Shown: in pieces, positions 11,171-20,574 of the stretch | Layout: the number at the start of each line of letters is the position of its first letter | Position numbering within the stretch: position 1 is the first letter of the stretch | Made by a program: the position numbers and the translations under genes | NCBI GenBank assembly: GCA_963762055.1 | Contig: CAVXJF010000012.1 | Coordinates: 47,695 to 111,694, forward strand | Origin: Vicinamibacterales bacterium | GTDB lineage: Bacteria > Acidobacteriota > Vicinamibacteria > Vicinamibacterales > JAMQPK01 | Length of the DNA stretch: 64,000 bases | Direction: 5' to 3' | Notes under the pieces: generated by a model | Databases searched by the model: none | What the model was told of the DNA's origin: nothing | What the model saw: only the letters and a program-made list of their open reading frames with translations

Positions 11171-11906
11171 TCATTCACCACGGATGAACAATCATTCACC
11201 ACAGAGCACACAGAGAGCACTGAGAAGAAAAATTCTCTTCTCTGTGGCCTCTGTGTTCTCTGTGGTTATGGCCGTTACGGTTATATGGTCCAATGTCTCG
11301 CTCGACGCGCAGACCCGCGGGACCACCCGGAAACCGGCGCCTCCGCCCAAGCGGACGGTCGCGGCGGCGGAAATGACGTGCCCTGCGCCGCTGGGGACCG
11401 GCATCAAGACCAAACGTCAATATTGCGACGTCCTCATCGGCCGCGACCCGAAGGAAGGCATTCTCATCAAGCTGCCTCCCCACCGCGGCCCAGTGACCTT
11501 GCGCTTCACGCTGCACAATCGCCACACCTACTCCGAAGAAGAAGTGCGCAACAAGCGGGCCTTTGCCTCGTACTCCGCGGGCGTCGGCGTGTTGACGCTC
11601 GACAACACCCTCGTGACGCGTGCCGCCGTTGCCACGGAGTTCCGCCGCGCGGCCGATCTGGTCGAGCGCATCAGCGGCGGCGCGGGTCCCGGCGGCGTCA
11701 AAGCTGTCGCGCCGGTCGGTGCCGAACCGATCTCCGTCGATCTGCCGGCCGAGGTCACCGAAGTGGCCATCCTTGGAGAAAAGCTCAACGTCGTACGCGC
11801 GGAGGGTGAGGCGGCGAATTATTCGACGCCCGGCAGGCCCATCGCGATCGTCAGCGACGTCAACGTGGAATACGTGCCCGCGCCAGCTCCTGCACGAAAG
11901 AAGTGA
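11163..11906 (+). CDS. Exported hypothetical protein
   Basis: Signal peptide [21 protein letters not shown]...LDA-Q; start ATG 11163 or 11184; no family recognised. Confidence 0.75.
   Translation: MSNHSPRMNNHSPQSTQRALRRKILFSVASVFSVVMAVTVIWSNVSLDAQTRGTTRKPAPPPKRTVAAAEMTCPAPLGTGIKTKRQYCDVLIGRDPKEGILIKLPPHRGPVTLRFTLHNRHTYSEEEVRNKRAFASYSAGVGVLTLDNTLVTRAAVATEFRRAADLVERISGGAGPGGVKAVAPVGAEPISVDLPAEVTEVAILGEKLNVVRAEGEAANYSTPGRPIAIVSDVNVEYVPAPAPARKK
11169..11266. repeat. Direct plus inverted CACAGAG-type repeat overlapping a signal peptide
   Basis: AATCATTCACCAC at 11169 and 11190; ACCACAGAGCACACAGAG (11198-11215) inverted at 11249-11266 with one mismatch. Confidence 0.8.
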
Positions 11907-11932
11907 TTGGTAGGCGATCCACCAATCTGCCA

Positions 11933-12640
11933 ATGCTTCGACCCGCTCCAGAACTCATCTCCATATTGGTTCCGGTATATAACGAAGCGCGGACGGTTGG
12001 GCAGGTCATCGATCGCCTGCTCCAGATTCCCCTGCCCGCGCCCCGCGAGATCATCGTCGTCAACGACGGCTCGACCGACGGGACGCGCCAGGTCCTGGAC
12101 GGGCTTGCGCCTGTCGATGGAGTGCTGTCCATCGTGCACGCGCGCGCAAACGGCGGCAAGGGAAGCGCCATCCGCATCGGTCTTGCGCAGGCACGCGGAA
12201 CGATCATCGCGATCCAGGACGCCGACCTCGAGCTCGATCCGGTGCAGCTGGCGTCGCTCGTGCAGCCTATTCTCGACGGCGAAGCGCAGGTCGTGTATGG
12301 CTCCAGGTTTCTGACGGGCCACGCTTCGGGCCCGTGGCTGTCTGTCGCCGCCAATCGCGGACTGACGCTGCTCACCAACGTGCTCTTCGGCGGCCGCCTC
12401 ACGGATATGGAGACCTGCTACAAGATCATGGATGCGCAGGTGGCGCGCGGGCTGACGCTCGAATCGAACCGCTTCGACATCGAACCGGAAATCACCGCCA
12501 AGCTGCTGAAGAAGCGCCACCACATCGTCGAGCGGCCCGTCGCATTCGATCCGCGCAGCCGCGCCAGTGGCAAAAAGATTGGGTGGCGCGACGGCGTCCA
12601 CGCCATCGCGGTGCTCTTGAAGTACAGATTTCAGCGGTGA
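11933..12640 (+). CDS. Glycosyltransferase family 2 (DPM1/GtrB-like polyprenol-phosphate glycosyltransferase)
   Basis: ISILVPVYNE, VVNDGSTDGT, NGGKGSAIR, IQDADLE, VYGSRF, TDMETCYK, FDIEPEIT. Confidence 0.93.
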   Translation: MLRPAPELISILVPVYNEARTVGQVIDRLLQIPLPAPREIIVVNDGSTDGTRQVLDGLAPVDGVLSIVHARANGGKGSAIRIGLAQARGTIIAIQDADLELDPVQLASLVQPILDGEAQVVYGSRFLTGHASGPWLSVAANRGLTLLTNVLFGGRLTDMETCYKIMDAQVARGLTLESNRFDIEPEITAKLLKKRHHIVERPVAFDPRSRASGKKIGWRDGVHAIAVLLKYRFQR

Positions 12641-14213
12641 AACAGGCCTGCCTGGCAATCGGGGTCGCCGCGGCGATGGCGGTTGCAGCCGTCGGCTTTC
12701 TTCGAGGGACCTACGCGGCCGGAGGATCCGATTCCTCCTGCTATGCGTTGATGGCGGACGCGTTCGCGTCCGGCACGCTCCAGCCGACGAGCGCGCTCGT
12801 GGAACGCGTGCCGTGGCCCGATGCGCCGAAGACGTTCACGCCCGGCGGATTCCAACCGTCTGAAGAAACCCGGTCCGCATATGTGCCTATATGCGCACCA
12901 GGATTTTCCCTGCTGCTCGCGCCCCTCGTCGCCGCCGGCGGGCTCGACGGCGTGTTCGTGCTCTCGCCGATTGCCGGCGCGGTCCTGGTGTGGTGCACGT
13001 TTGTCGCCGCGCGGCGTATTGCCGGCCCTGCGGCCGGGGCGGCTGCAGCCGCGCTCATCGCGGCAAGCCCGGCAATGCTGTATCAGGTCGTGCAGCCGAT
13101 GAACGACGTGACCACAGCCGCCTTGTGGATGGCGGCGTTCGCCGCGTTGACGGGCCGCCGCTGGGTGCTCGCGGGGGCCTGTTGCGGCCTCGCACTGCTC
13201 GTGCGACCCAACCTGCTGCCGCTTGCGGTGGTGGCGGCCATCGGTCTATTGATTAAAGGTGTACTGATTAAGGATCAGGGGGCGGTCCTGCGCTTTGGCA
13301 TCGCTGCTGCTCCGTTCGGTCTGCTGGTGCTCGTGCTGAACGATGCGTTGTATGGCAGTCCGTTTCGCACCGGGTACGGCCAGGTCAATCGACTTTTCGA
13401 TGTGTCGCTCGTGCCGTCCAACGCGGCGCGGTACCTCGGCTGGCTCGTTGAGACCCACACGTTCTTCCCGCTGCTGGCCATTGCGGCTCCGTTCGTCGTT
13501 CCGCGCGAGAAGCGCGGCGAGGTCTGGCTCGCGCTCGCTCTGATCGGCGCCACGATGCTGATCTATTTCATGTACACGCCGTTCGACGATTGGTCGTACT
13601 TGCGCTTCCTGCTGCCCGCAATCGCGCTGATGCTCGTCTGCGCCAGTTCGGCGGTCGTGATGCTCGTCGAACGGACGATCGTAGCCGGATTACGCGGGGC
13701 AGCGGCTCAGTACGTTGTCGAGCGTCCGGCTTTAGCCGGACTGCGATTGTCATCGCCGTCACCGTGGCCGTGGCGCTGTTCTGCGTGCGGGTCGCCGACA
13801 ACCGGCTCGTGTTCAACCTTCAGGCATTGGAGCAGCGGTTTCGCAGCGCGGGTGTTGTCGTTCGTGACGTGTTGCCGGACGGAGCGGTCGTCCTGTCGGT
13901 TTGGGACAGCGGCGCGGTGAGATTTCACGGCAGGAAAGAAGCACTTTCGTGGGAGGGGCTCGATCCGGCCTGGCTCGACAGGAGCCTCGAATGGCTCGGC
14001 GAGCAGGGGCACGCGCCTTTCATCATGCTCGAGTCGTGGGAAGAGCCGGAGTTCAGGAAGCGTTTCGGCGGCCACAGCGATATCGGAAAGCTGGACTGGC
14101 CGGCGAAATACGAAATCGATCGCCTCGTCCGCATCTTCGATCCCAGGGACCGCCAGCGGCACGAGCGCGGCGAGCGGGTCGATACTGAATATCTGTGGCC
14201 GCTTCGCCGCTGA
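12637..14213 (+). CDS. Polytopic membrane protein, GT-C-fold glycosyltransferase-like (one frameshift near 13690-13720)
   Basis: First loop GGSDSSCY, QVVQPMND, VRPNL, many TM segments; second frame continues ASGFSRTAIVIAV to 14213; GTGA overlap with GT2. Confidence 0.7.
13724..13741. repeat. REP hairpin unit inside the CDS
   Basis: GTCCGGC-TTTA-GCCGGAC identical to 32746-32763; AGTACGT flank at 13709. Confidence 0.8.
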
Positions 14214-15256
14214 CCCCGCGTGTGCTTCGCGCGCGCGCCGTCACCCGCTCGCTGTTCGCGCCGACGACGCTGGCCGCGGCAATCGGCCGGATGGGGTTCG
14301 TGCAGGCCGATCCGATTCGTTCGCCCGCCCGGGCACAGGATCTCATTCTCCGCCACCGGGTCCAGGGCTACCGCGCGGGCGATCTCGAGCGCGATTACGC
14401 ATCGCTCGACGTCGAAGAGGACTATCTGTACGCATACGGCTTCGTGGCGCGGCACGTGTGGAACCTTCTCCATCCGCGCGAACATTCGCGGATGCGTGCC
14501 TTCGAGCAGAAGGTGCTCGAGACGGTTCGCCGTCTCGGAGAAGTGCATCCGGCCGCGCTCGAGCCCCATCTCGGGCGCAAGCGCGTCATAAATGCCTGGG
14601 GCGGATACTCGAAGGCCACCACGCGGGCGCTCGAAGACCTGCACTATCGCGGCCTCGTACGGATTGCCCGCCGGGAGGCGGGCATCAGAATCTACAGACC
14701 GTCTTCACCTCCAGGGCCTCCAGCCGAGAGCGAATCCGCGGCTGACCGCTTGCGGGCGCTCGTGATGATCACGGCGGGGATATTTGCGCCCGCGCCGGAA
14801 AAGAGTCTGCAGAAAGTCATTGCTCGCTATCGCCATCTTGGCAGCGCTCGCGGAATAATCGCGGCACTGGTTGCGTCCGGAAAGCTGCGGCGGGAGCAAG
14901 TCGATGGCATGAGCTACGTCTGGCCGGCGACGGAGAACGCCGATACGGAAGAGCCGCGCCGCGTCCGATTTCTCGCTCCGTTCGATCCGGTGGTATGGGA
15001 TCGGGTGCGGTTCGAGCACCTGTGGGGATGGCCGTATCGATTCGAGGCGTATACGCCCATCGCGAAACGCATTCGCGGCTACTATGCGATGCCGATGTTC
15101 TGGGGGAATGACTGTGTGGGTTGGGCGAATGCGTCCGGCGGGGGAGGGCAGTTCGACGTGAAGGTCGGCTTTGCCGCCAGGCGGCCGAGAGAAGCGGCGT
15201 TCACGCGCGAGCTCGACGCCGAAATTGCCAGGCTCGCCGAATTTTTGGGGTCATGA
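14195..15256 (+). CDS. YcaQ/AlkZ-family winged-helix DNA glycosylase
   Basis: FVQADPI (QxD motif), RFLAPFDPVVWDR, YRFEAYTP..KRIRGYYAMP. Confidence 0.85.
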   Translation: MAASPLTPRVLRARAVTRSLFAPTTLAAAIGRMGFVQADPIRSPARAQDLILRHRVQGYRAGDLERDYASLDVEEDYLYAYGFVARHVWNLLHPREHSRMRAFEQKVLETVRRLGEVHPAALEPHLGRKRVINAWGGYSKATTRALEDLHYRGLVRIARREAGIRIYRPSSPPGPPAESESAADRLRALVMITAGIFAPAPEKSLQKVIARYRHLGSARGIIAALVASGKLRREQVDGMSYVWPATENADTEEPRRVRFLAPFDPVVWDRVRFEHLWGWPYRFEAYTPIAKRIRGYYAMPMFWGNDCVGWANASGGGGQFDVKVGFAARRPREAAFTRELDAEIARLAEFLGS

Positions 15257-15257
15257 C

Positions 15258-16232
15258 GTGAAGACGATTCGATGGGGAATGATCGGCTGCGGGGACGTCG
15301 CGGAAGTGAAGAGCGGTCCCGCCCTGCAAAAGGCCGAAGGCTCGGCGCTGGTGGCGGTGATGCGCCGCGACCACGCGCTGGCGGAAGACTACGCAAGGCG
15401 CCACGGGGTTCGGCGAGCGTATGGCGACGCCAGCGCGCTCATTGCGGATCCCGACGTGGATGCGGTCTACATCGCCACCCCGCCCTCGAGTCATCGAGAG
15501 CTTGCCATCGAGGTGGCCGCGGCGGGAAAACCGTGTCTGGTCGAGAAGCCGATGGCGCTCAACCACGCCGAATGTATCGAGATGACGGAGGCGTTTCGCG
15601 CCGCCCGCCAGCCCTTCTGGGTCGCGTACTACCGGCGCGCGCTGCCGCGCTTCTTGAAAGTGCGCGAGTTGCTGCGTGCCGGCGCGATCGGCCGGCCGAC
15701 CTCCGTTCAGATCTATGTGAGCGATCCGCTCGCTACAGGAGAGAAAGCACGCGCGTGGCGTTTCGACAGGGCGACGGCCGGAGCCGGGCTCTTTCTCGAT
15801 CTGTCATCCCACTACTTCGACATCGTCGATTTCCTTGCGGGCCCCGTCACCGCTGTTCATGGCCATGCCATCAACACCGGCGGCTCGTACGCCGTCGAAG
15901 ATGTCACCACGGCGGCCTTCCGGATCGGCAACGACATGGTCGGCACCGGCGTCTGGAACTTCAACGCCGGCGAGTCAACCGACTCGATCACGTTCACCGG
16001 ATCGAAAGGGCAGTTGAGAACCGCCGTCCGCGCGGATGAAGACGTGGTTGTGGTGCGGGATGGCAACCAGAACACGTACCGGTTCCGCAACCCTCCGCAC
16101 GTGCATCAACCGCTCATCCAGACGATCGTCGACGAGCTCCTCGGCCGCGGGCGATGCGAGTCCACCGCTGAAACCGGAGCCCGCGCGTCGTGGGTGATGG
16201 ATCGGTGCCTGGAGGATTACTACCGGGATTAA
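15258..16232 (+). CDS. Gfo/Idh/MocA family oxidoreductase
   Basis: IRWGMIGCGDV, DAVYIATPP..H, LVEKPMA, VAYYRR; GTG start 15258. Confidence 0.93.
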   Translation: MKTIRWGMIGCGDVAEVKSGPALQKAEGSALVAVMRRDHALAEDYARRHGVRRAYGDASALIADPDVDAVYIATPPSSHRELAIEVAAAGKPCLVEKPMALNHAECIEMTEAFRAARQPFWVAYYRRALPRFLKVRELLRAGAIGRPTSVQIYVSDPLATGEKARAWRFDRATAGAGLFLDLSSHYFDIVDFLAGPVTAVHGHAINTGGSYAVEDVTTAAFRIGNDMVGTGVWNFNAGESTDSITFTGSKGQLRTAVRADEDVVVVRDGNQNTYRFRNPPHVHQPLIQTIVDELLGRGRCESTAETGARASWVMDRCLEDYYRD

Positions 16233-16331
16233 CACTGTTGTTACGTCCCCGCTACATGATGGTCATGGCTATCAGGTAATTTCCGCCGCAGTTCTTCCGA
16301 CAGCCGAACCGTTCACCACAAGGACAACACG

Positions 16332-18665
16332 ATGAAAAAGACTGCGATCGGATTATTGGGGATTCTTGCGCTTGCGCTTGCCGTCTCCGGCACCACCAAG
16401 GCCGCCGGTGACGAACCAGCCGGGGCGCGCTTCTTTCAACGGGTAGGAACGTTTGCGAACTATCTCAATAACGCGGACATCGGCGATCAGACCGTCTCGG
16501 AAATCGTCGCCGCCACGGCCGATGGCATGACGCTCGTCTACACCGACGCGGTTGGACGGCAAATCGGATTCATCGATATTACCTATCCACAGGACCCGCA
16601 GCCGCTCGGCACGGTTGCTGTCGATCCGGACCCAAACGCCGGCAAGCAATATTCGCCGACGTCCGTCGCTGTTCTGCAGAATCAGTACGCGCTGGTTGCG
16701 GCTGATACCAGCGAGTCGTTTGCGAATCCCAGCGGAAGCCTGATCGTCGTGGATGTCGCGACCCGCGCCATCGTCCACGAGCTCGATCTCGGCGGCCAGC
16801 CGGACTCGATCAAGATCAGTCCGGACGGGAAATACGCGGCAATCGCCATCGAAAACCAGCGTGACGAAGACGTCGAAGTCGACGGCGTCGAGGGCGGAAT
16901 CCCGCAGCTGCCCGCCGGCTACCTCGTGGTCGTCGATCTGAGCAATCCCAACCCCATCCACTGGGTGCGCCACGACGTCTCTCTCACCGGCCTGGCGAGC
17001 TACGCGCCGAACGACCCCGAACCGGAGTTCATCGACATCAATAATCAGAATGAAGCCGTGGTGACGCTGCAGGAGAACAACCACGTCGTCATCGTCAATC
17101 TCGCGACGAGAGCGATCGTCGGCCACTTTCCTGCGGGCGACGTCACCCTCAACAACATCGACAAGACGAACGACGGTGTCATATCGCTGTCGGAAACGCT
17201 CGCCGACGTGCCGCGCGAGCCCGACGCCGTGACGTGGCTGCCCGGTTTTGGCGGGACGATGAACATCGGGACGGCCAATGAAGGCGATCTGTTCGGTGGG
17301 AGCCGGGGCTTTTCGATTTTCCGGCGAAACGGCACGGTATTGGTCGACAGTGGAAGCTCGATCGAGTCGCTGGCGGTGCAGTTTGGCCACTACCCGGAAG
17401 ATCGTTCGGATAACAAGGGCACTGAGCCCGAGGCCATCACCTACGCCCGCTTCGGCGACGAGAAATTCATGTTTCTCGCCAGCGAACGCGGCAGTTTCGT
17501 GGCCGTGTTCGCGCTCAATCCGCTGGGTGTCCCCGTATTCAAACAGCTGCTGCCCGCCCCGCTCGCACCCGAGGGATTGCTGGCCATACCGCAGCGCAAT
17601 CTGCTGATTGCTTCCGGGGAGGAGGATGCGCCGTCGTTCGGGGTGCGCTCGACGGTGATGATCTATGAGCTCAAAAACGCTCCCCCGACCTACCCGCAAA
17701 TCCTGTCGAGGCGCCCGTCCGGACAGCCGATTCCGTGGTCGGCGCTGTCGGGGATGGTCTCCATGCCGTGGAATCCCAATAACCTGCTCGGGATCTGGGA
17801 CTCGTATTACAGCGAGAGCAAGATTTTCCTCATCAACGTGTCGACCAGCACGGCAATAATTACCGGTTCCCTCACCTTGACGCCTCAAGACGGCACCGGC
17901 GGCTACGACCCGGAAGGCATCGCCATCTCGCCGGACCACACGATCTGGATTGCGAGCGAAGGCAACGCCTCGGACAGCACGCCCAATCTGCTGCTGCAGG
18001 TCGACCTTGCCGGCAACGTTCTGCACGAAATCGGCCTGCCGCCCGAGATCATTGCGTGCCGCGCGGCGACGGCGAAACGAGGCACACTCGGCTCCGGCTT
18101 CGAGGGAGTTGCGGTGCTGCGCGGCCCGGGGTTCTACCGGCTCCTCGTTGCGCAGCAGCGCGGCTGGGACTACACAACGCCTGAATGCGAAAGTCTCGAC
18201 GACGATGCCGGTGGTTTCGACGCCGCCGGTGAGCCGAAGCAAACGAGATTGTGGATTTACACGCCTTCGACCGGCGAGTGGGATCATGTCTCGTGGGAAC
18301 TTGCCGCAAAGCCCGCGAACGCGAGCTGGGTGGGCCTTTCGGAGATTACCGAGCTGCCCGATCTCGGCGGATACATGCTGATCGAGCGTGATAACCGCAC
18401 CGGAAACTTCGGCGTATTGAAAACACTCGTGAAGATCAGCCGCGAGTCGCTTGTCGATCTCCAGGTTCAGGCGCCGGAGAAGTCGGTATTCAATCTGCGG
18501 ACGCCCCTTACCGCCACCAACGGATGGATTACGGACAAACCGGAAGGAACGGCGGTGAGTGCCGAAGGCCGTGTATACGTCGTTACCGATAACGACGGCG
18601 TCGAGGACTGGTCGGGGGAGACCCAGTTCCTTAACCTTGGAACGCTGGGCGAGTTGTTCCCGTAA
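16332..18665 (+). CDS. Secreted beta-propeller phosphatase (alkaline phosphatase / esterase-like phytase family)
   Basis: Signal peptide; SEIVAATADG, GQPDSIKISPDG, PEPEF, EPEAI, DPEGIA, GFEGVA, KPEG, VVTDNDG. Confidence 0.82.
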   Translation: MKKTAIGLLGILALALAVSGTTKAAGDEPAGARFFQRVGTFANYLNNADIGDQTVSEIVAATADGMTLVYTDAVGRQIGFIDITYPQDPQPLGTVAVDPDPNAGKQYSPTSVAVLQNQYALVAADTSESFANPSGSLIVVDVATRAIVHELDLGGQPDSIKISPDGKYAAIAIENQRDEDVEVDGVEGGIPQLPAGYLVVVDLSNPNPIHWVRHDVSLTGLASYAPNDPEPEFIDINNQNEAVVTLQENNHVVIVNLATRAIVGHFPAGDVTLNNIDKTNDGVISLSETLADVPREPDAVTWLPGFGGTMNIGTANEGDLFGGSRGFSIFRRNGTVLVDSGSSIESLAVQFGHYPEDRSDNKGTEPEAITYARFGDEKFMFLASERGSFVAVFALNPLGVPVFKQLLPAPLAPEGLLAIPQRNLLIASGEEDAPSFGVRSTVMIYELKNAPPTYPQILSRRPSGQPIPWSALSGMVSMPWNPNNLLGIWDSYYSESKIFLINVSTSTAIITGSLTLTPQDGTGGYDPEGIAISPDHTIWIASEGNASDSTPNLLLQVDLAGNVLHEIGLPPEIIACRAATAKRGTLGSGFEGVAVLRGPGFYRLLVAQQRGWDYTTPECESLDDDAGGFDAAGEPKQTRLWIYTPSTGEWDHVSWELAAKPANASWVGLSEITELPDLGGYMLIERDNRTGNFGVLKTLVKISRESLVDLQVQAPEKSVFNLRTPLTATNGWITDKPEGTAVSAEGRVYVVTDNDGVEDWSGETQFLNLGTLGELFP

Positions 18666-18687
18666 GCAGCCTCGTCGAACAAAGTGG

Positions 18688-18718
18688 AAAGGGCGGGTCC
18701 ATGGGCCCGCCCTTTTTT
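18688..18718 (+). terminator. Intrinsic terminator
   Basis: AAAGGGCGGG-tccatggg-CCCGCCC-TTTTTT, 22 nt after the stop. Confidence 0.9.
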
Positions 18719-18764
18719 GTCCGGCTAAAGCCGATGTTATCCGACTGAAGCCGGACATATGTAC
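18719..18764. repeat. Degenerate REP copies
   Basis: GTCCGGCTAAAGCCG and TCCGACTGAAGCCGGACA...GTAC. Confidence 0.65.
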
Positions 18765-18841
18765 GCTGATCCCCATGACGTCCCCAGGCTGAAACGGGGT
18801 AGGATAGCCACCTACAAACGAGTGTCAACGAGGAGGATGGG

Positions 18842-19906
18842 ATGCTGCTTCGGCCATCGAAGATCCTCGCCGCAGTTTTAGTGGCCTCTGGCGCGATCGG
18901 CGTGTCGGCGGCGCTGCAGCGCGCACCTGCAACGCCGGACACGACGGCGCGAGCCGTTGCCGCGGCGGACGCGTTTCTGGCAACGCTCGACGCGGCCCAG
19001 CGGAGCAAAGCGAACCTCGACTTCAACGAGCAGACGCGTGTCGTCTGGTCCAACCTGCCCTCGGGCATAGCGATGCAGGTCGGCGCCAAGGAACGGAACG
19101 GCGTCAAGCTTGGCGCCATGACGCCAGCGCAGCAAAAGGCCGCGCTTGCGTTGGTGGCGGCGACGTTGAGTGCCGATGGATTCCGGAAGGCGATGGCCAT
19201 CGTGGACGCTGATGAGGCGCTCGAGACGAGCAGCGCTCCGACCCGTGCGCCCACCGCGCCGATTCGATTCGGACGCGGCGAGTACTACGTCAGCATCCTG
19301 GGGAAGCCATCGGCCGCCTCTCCTTGGATGATGCAGTTTGGCGGTCATCATCTCGCGATCAACGTGACGCTGGCGGGGAATCAGAATGTCCTCGCTCCGA
19401 CGCATACGGGCGCGCAGCCAGCCAGCTACAGCGTGGACGGAAAGTTGATCCGCCCGCTTGGCCAGGAGAACGATCGCGCGTTCGAGCTCGTCAACGCGCT
19501 GAGTCCCGATCAGCAGAAGCAGGCCATTCTTGGATTCGAGGTCCGCAACCTCGTGCTGGGCCCCGGCACCGACGGCAAGACGATCGCGCCGGAAGGTGTC
19601 CGGGTATCGACGTTCACTCCGCCGCAACGCTCCATCCTGCTGGCGCTGGTGCGTGAGTGGGTCGGCATTCTCGATGACCAGGCCGCACGCGCCAAAATGG
19701 CGGAAATCGAAGCGGGTCTCGCAGACACGTATTTCGCGTGGGCCGGGCCGACGACCAATGGCAAGGGCGCCTATTTCCGTGTTCAGGGCCCAGCCGTCTT
19801 CATCGAGTACGCGCCGCAGGGTTCGGGGGACGCCAACGTCAACCACATTCACACGATTTATCGCGAGCCGGCGAACGACTACGCGGCCAAGGCGGCGCGG
19901 CGGTGA
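18842..19906 (+). CDS. DUF3500 domain-containing exported protein
   Basis: Signal peptide; WSNLP, QFGGHHLAIN, YFRVQGPAVFIEY, NHIHTIYR...NDY; RBS GAGGAGG. Confidence 0.85.
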   Translation: MLLRPSKILAAVLVASGAIGVSAALQRAPATPDTTARAVAAADAFLATLDAAQRSKANLDFNEQTRVVWSNLPSGIAMQVGAKERNGVKLGAMTPAQQKAALALVAATLSADGFRKAMAIVDADEALETSSAPTRAPTAPIRFGRGEYYVSILGKPSAASPWMMQFGGHHLAINVTLAGNQNVLAPTHTGAQPASYSVDGKLIRPLGQENDRAFELVNALSPDQQKQAILGFEVRNLVLGPGTDGKTIAPEGVRVSTFTPPQRSILLALVREWVGILDDQAARAKMAEIEAGLADTYFAWAGPTTNGKGAYFRVQGPAVFIEYAPQGSGDANVNHIHTIYREPANDYAAKAARR

Positions 19907-20536
19907 GAGCGCTTCCAGTTGCGGTGCTTGTCGTTCTGGCCGGGGCCGGAGCCGGTGCACATCAGGTCGATGAATATCTGCAGGCCGCTCGCGTGTCCGT
20001 GGGCCGCGCCGGGCTGACCCTGGAAGTGGACCTGACGCCGGGAACGCGCATCGCATCCGGTATCGTGCGCACGATCGACACCGATGCAGACAATGTGATC
20101 TCATCCGTCGAGGCCGAAACCTACGGCCGGGACGTTCTGTCAGACCTTACCCTCGAGCTCGATGATCGCGCGGTGAACATGACCCTGACGGGCATCACCG
20201 TCCCCTCGGTCGAGGAGATGCGTCACGGAATCGGCACTGTCCGGTTGCGGGCGTCCGGGAATGTCGCGGCCGAAGCGGGCCGTCACCGCGTCTACCTGCT
20301 CAACAATCACGCCCCCGACAGCAAGTGCCTATATGGTGAACGCGCTGTTGCCCGATGAGCGCGGCGTGATGGTGACCGCGCAATCGCGGGATGCCCGGCA
20401 GCGTGAATTCCGCATGGAGTACACCATCAATCCGCGCTGGCCCATTGGACTGGTGTGGCTGGGTGTGAGCGCGACGGGGCTGGTTGCGATCGCCGTGGCG
20501 CGCACGAGGGACAAACGAAAAACGACGAACGAATAA
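19903..20536 (+). CDS. Exported protein with C-terminal TM anchor (one frameshift near 20322)
   Basis: GTGA overlap; signal peptide then AHQVDEYLQAARV; second frame SAYMVNALLP...GLVWLGVSATGLVAIAV. Confidence 0.7.
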
Positions 20537-20555
20537 CATCGTACGAATAACAACG
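20514..20555. repeat. Six imperfect AACGAAT heptamers across the stop codon
   Basis: aacgaaa/aacgacg/aacgaat/aacatcg/tacgaat/aacaacg. Confidence 0.75.
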
Positions 20556-20574
20556 TCGTCATGTCCGACAGAAA

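Noticed and set aside
12334-12636. N-terminal extension of the 528-aa ORF
   Set aside because: Overlaps GT2 out of frame; GTG 12637 overlapping the GT2 stop is the plausible start
14195-15256. YcaQ-like gene as a self-resistance marker for a genotoxin cluster
   Set aside because: No biosynthetic genes nearby; it looks like the housekeeping YcaQ type
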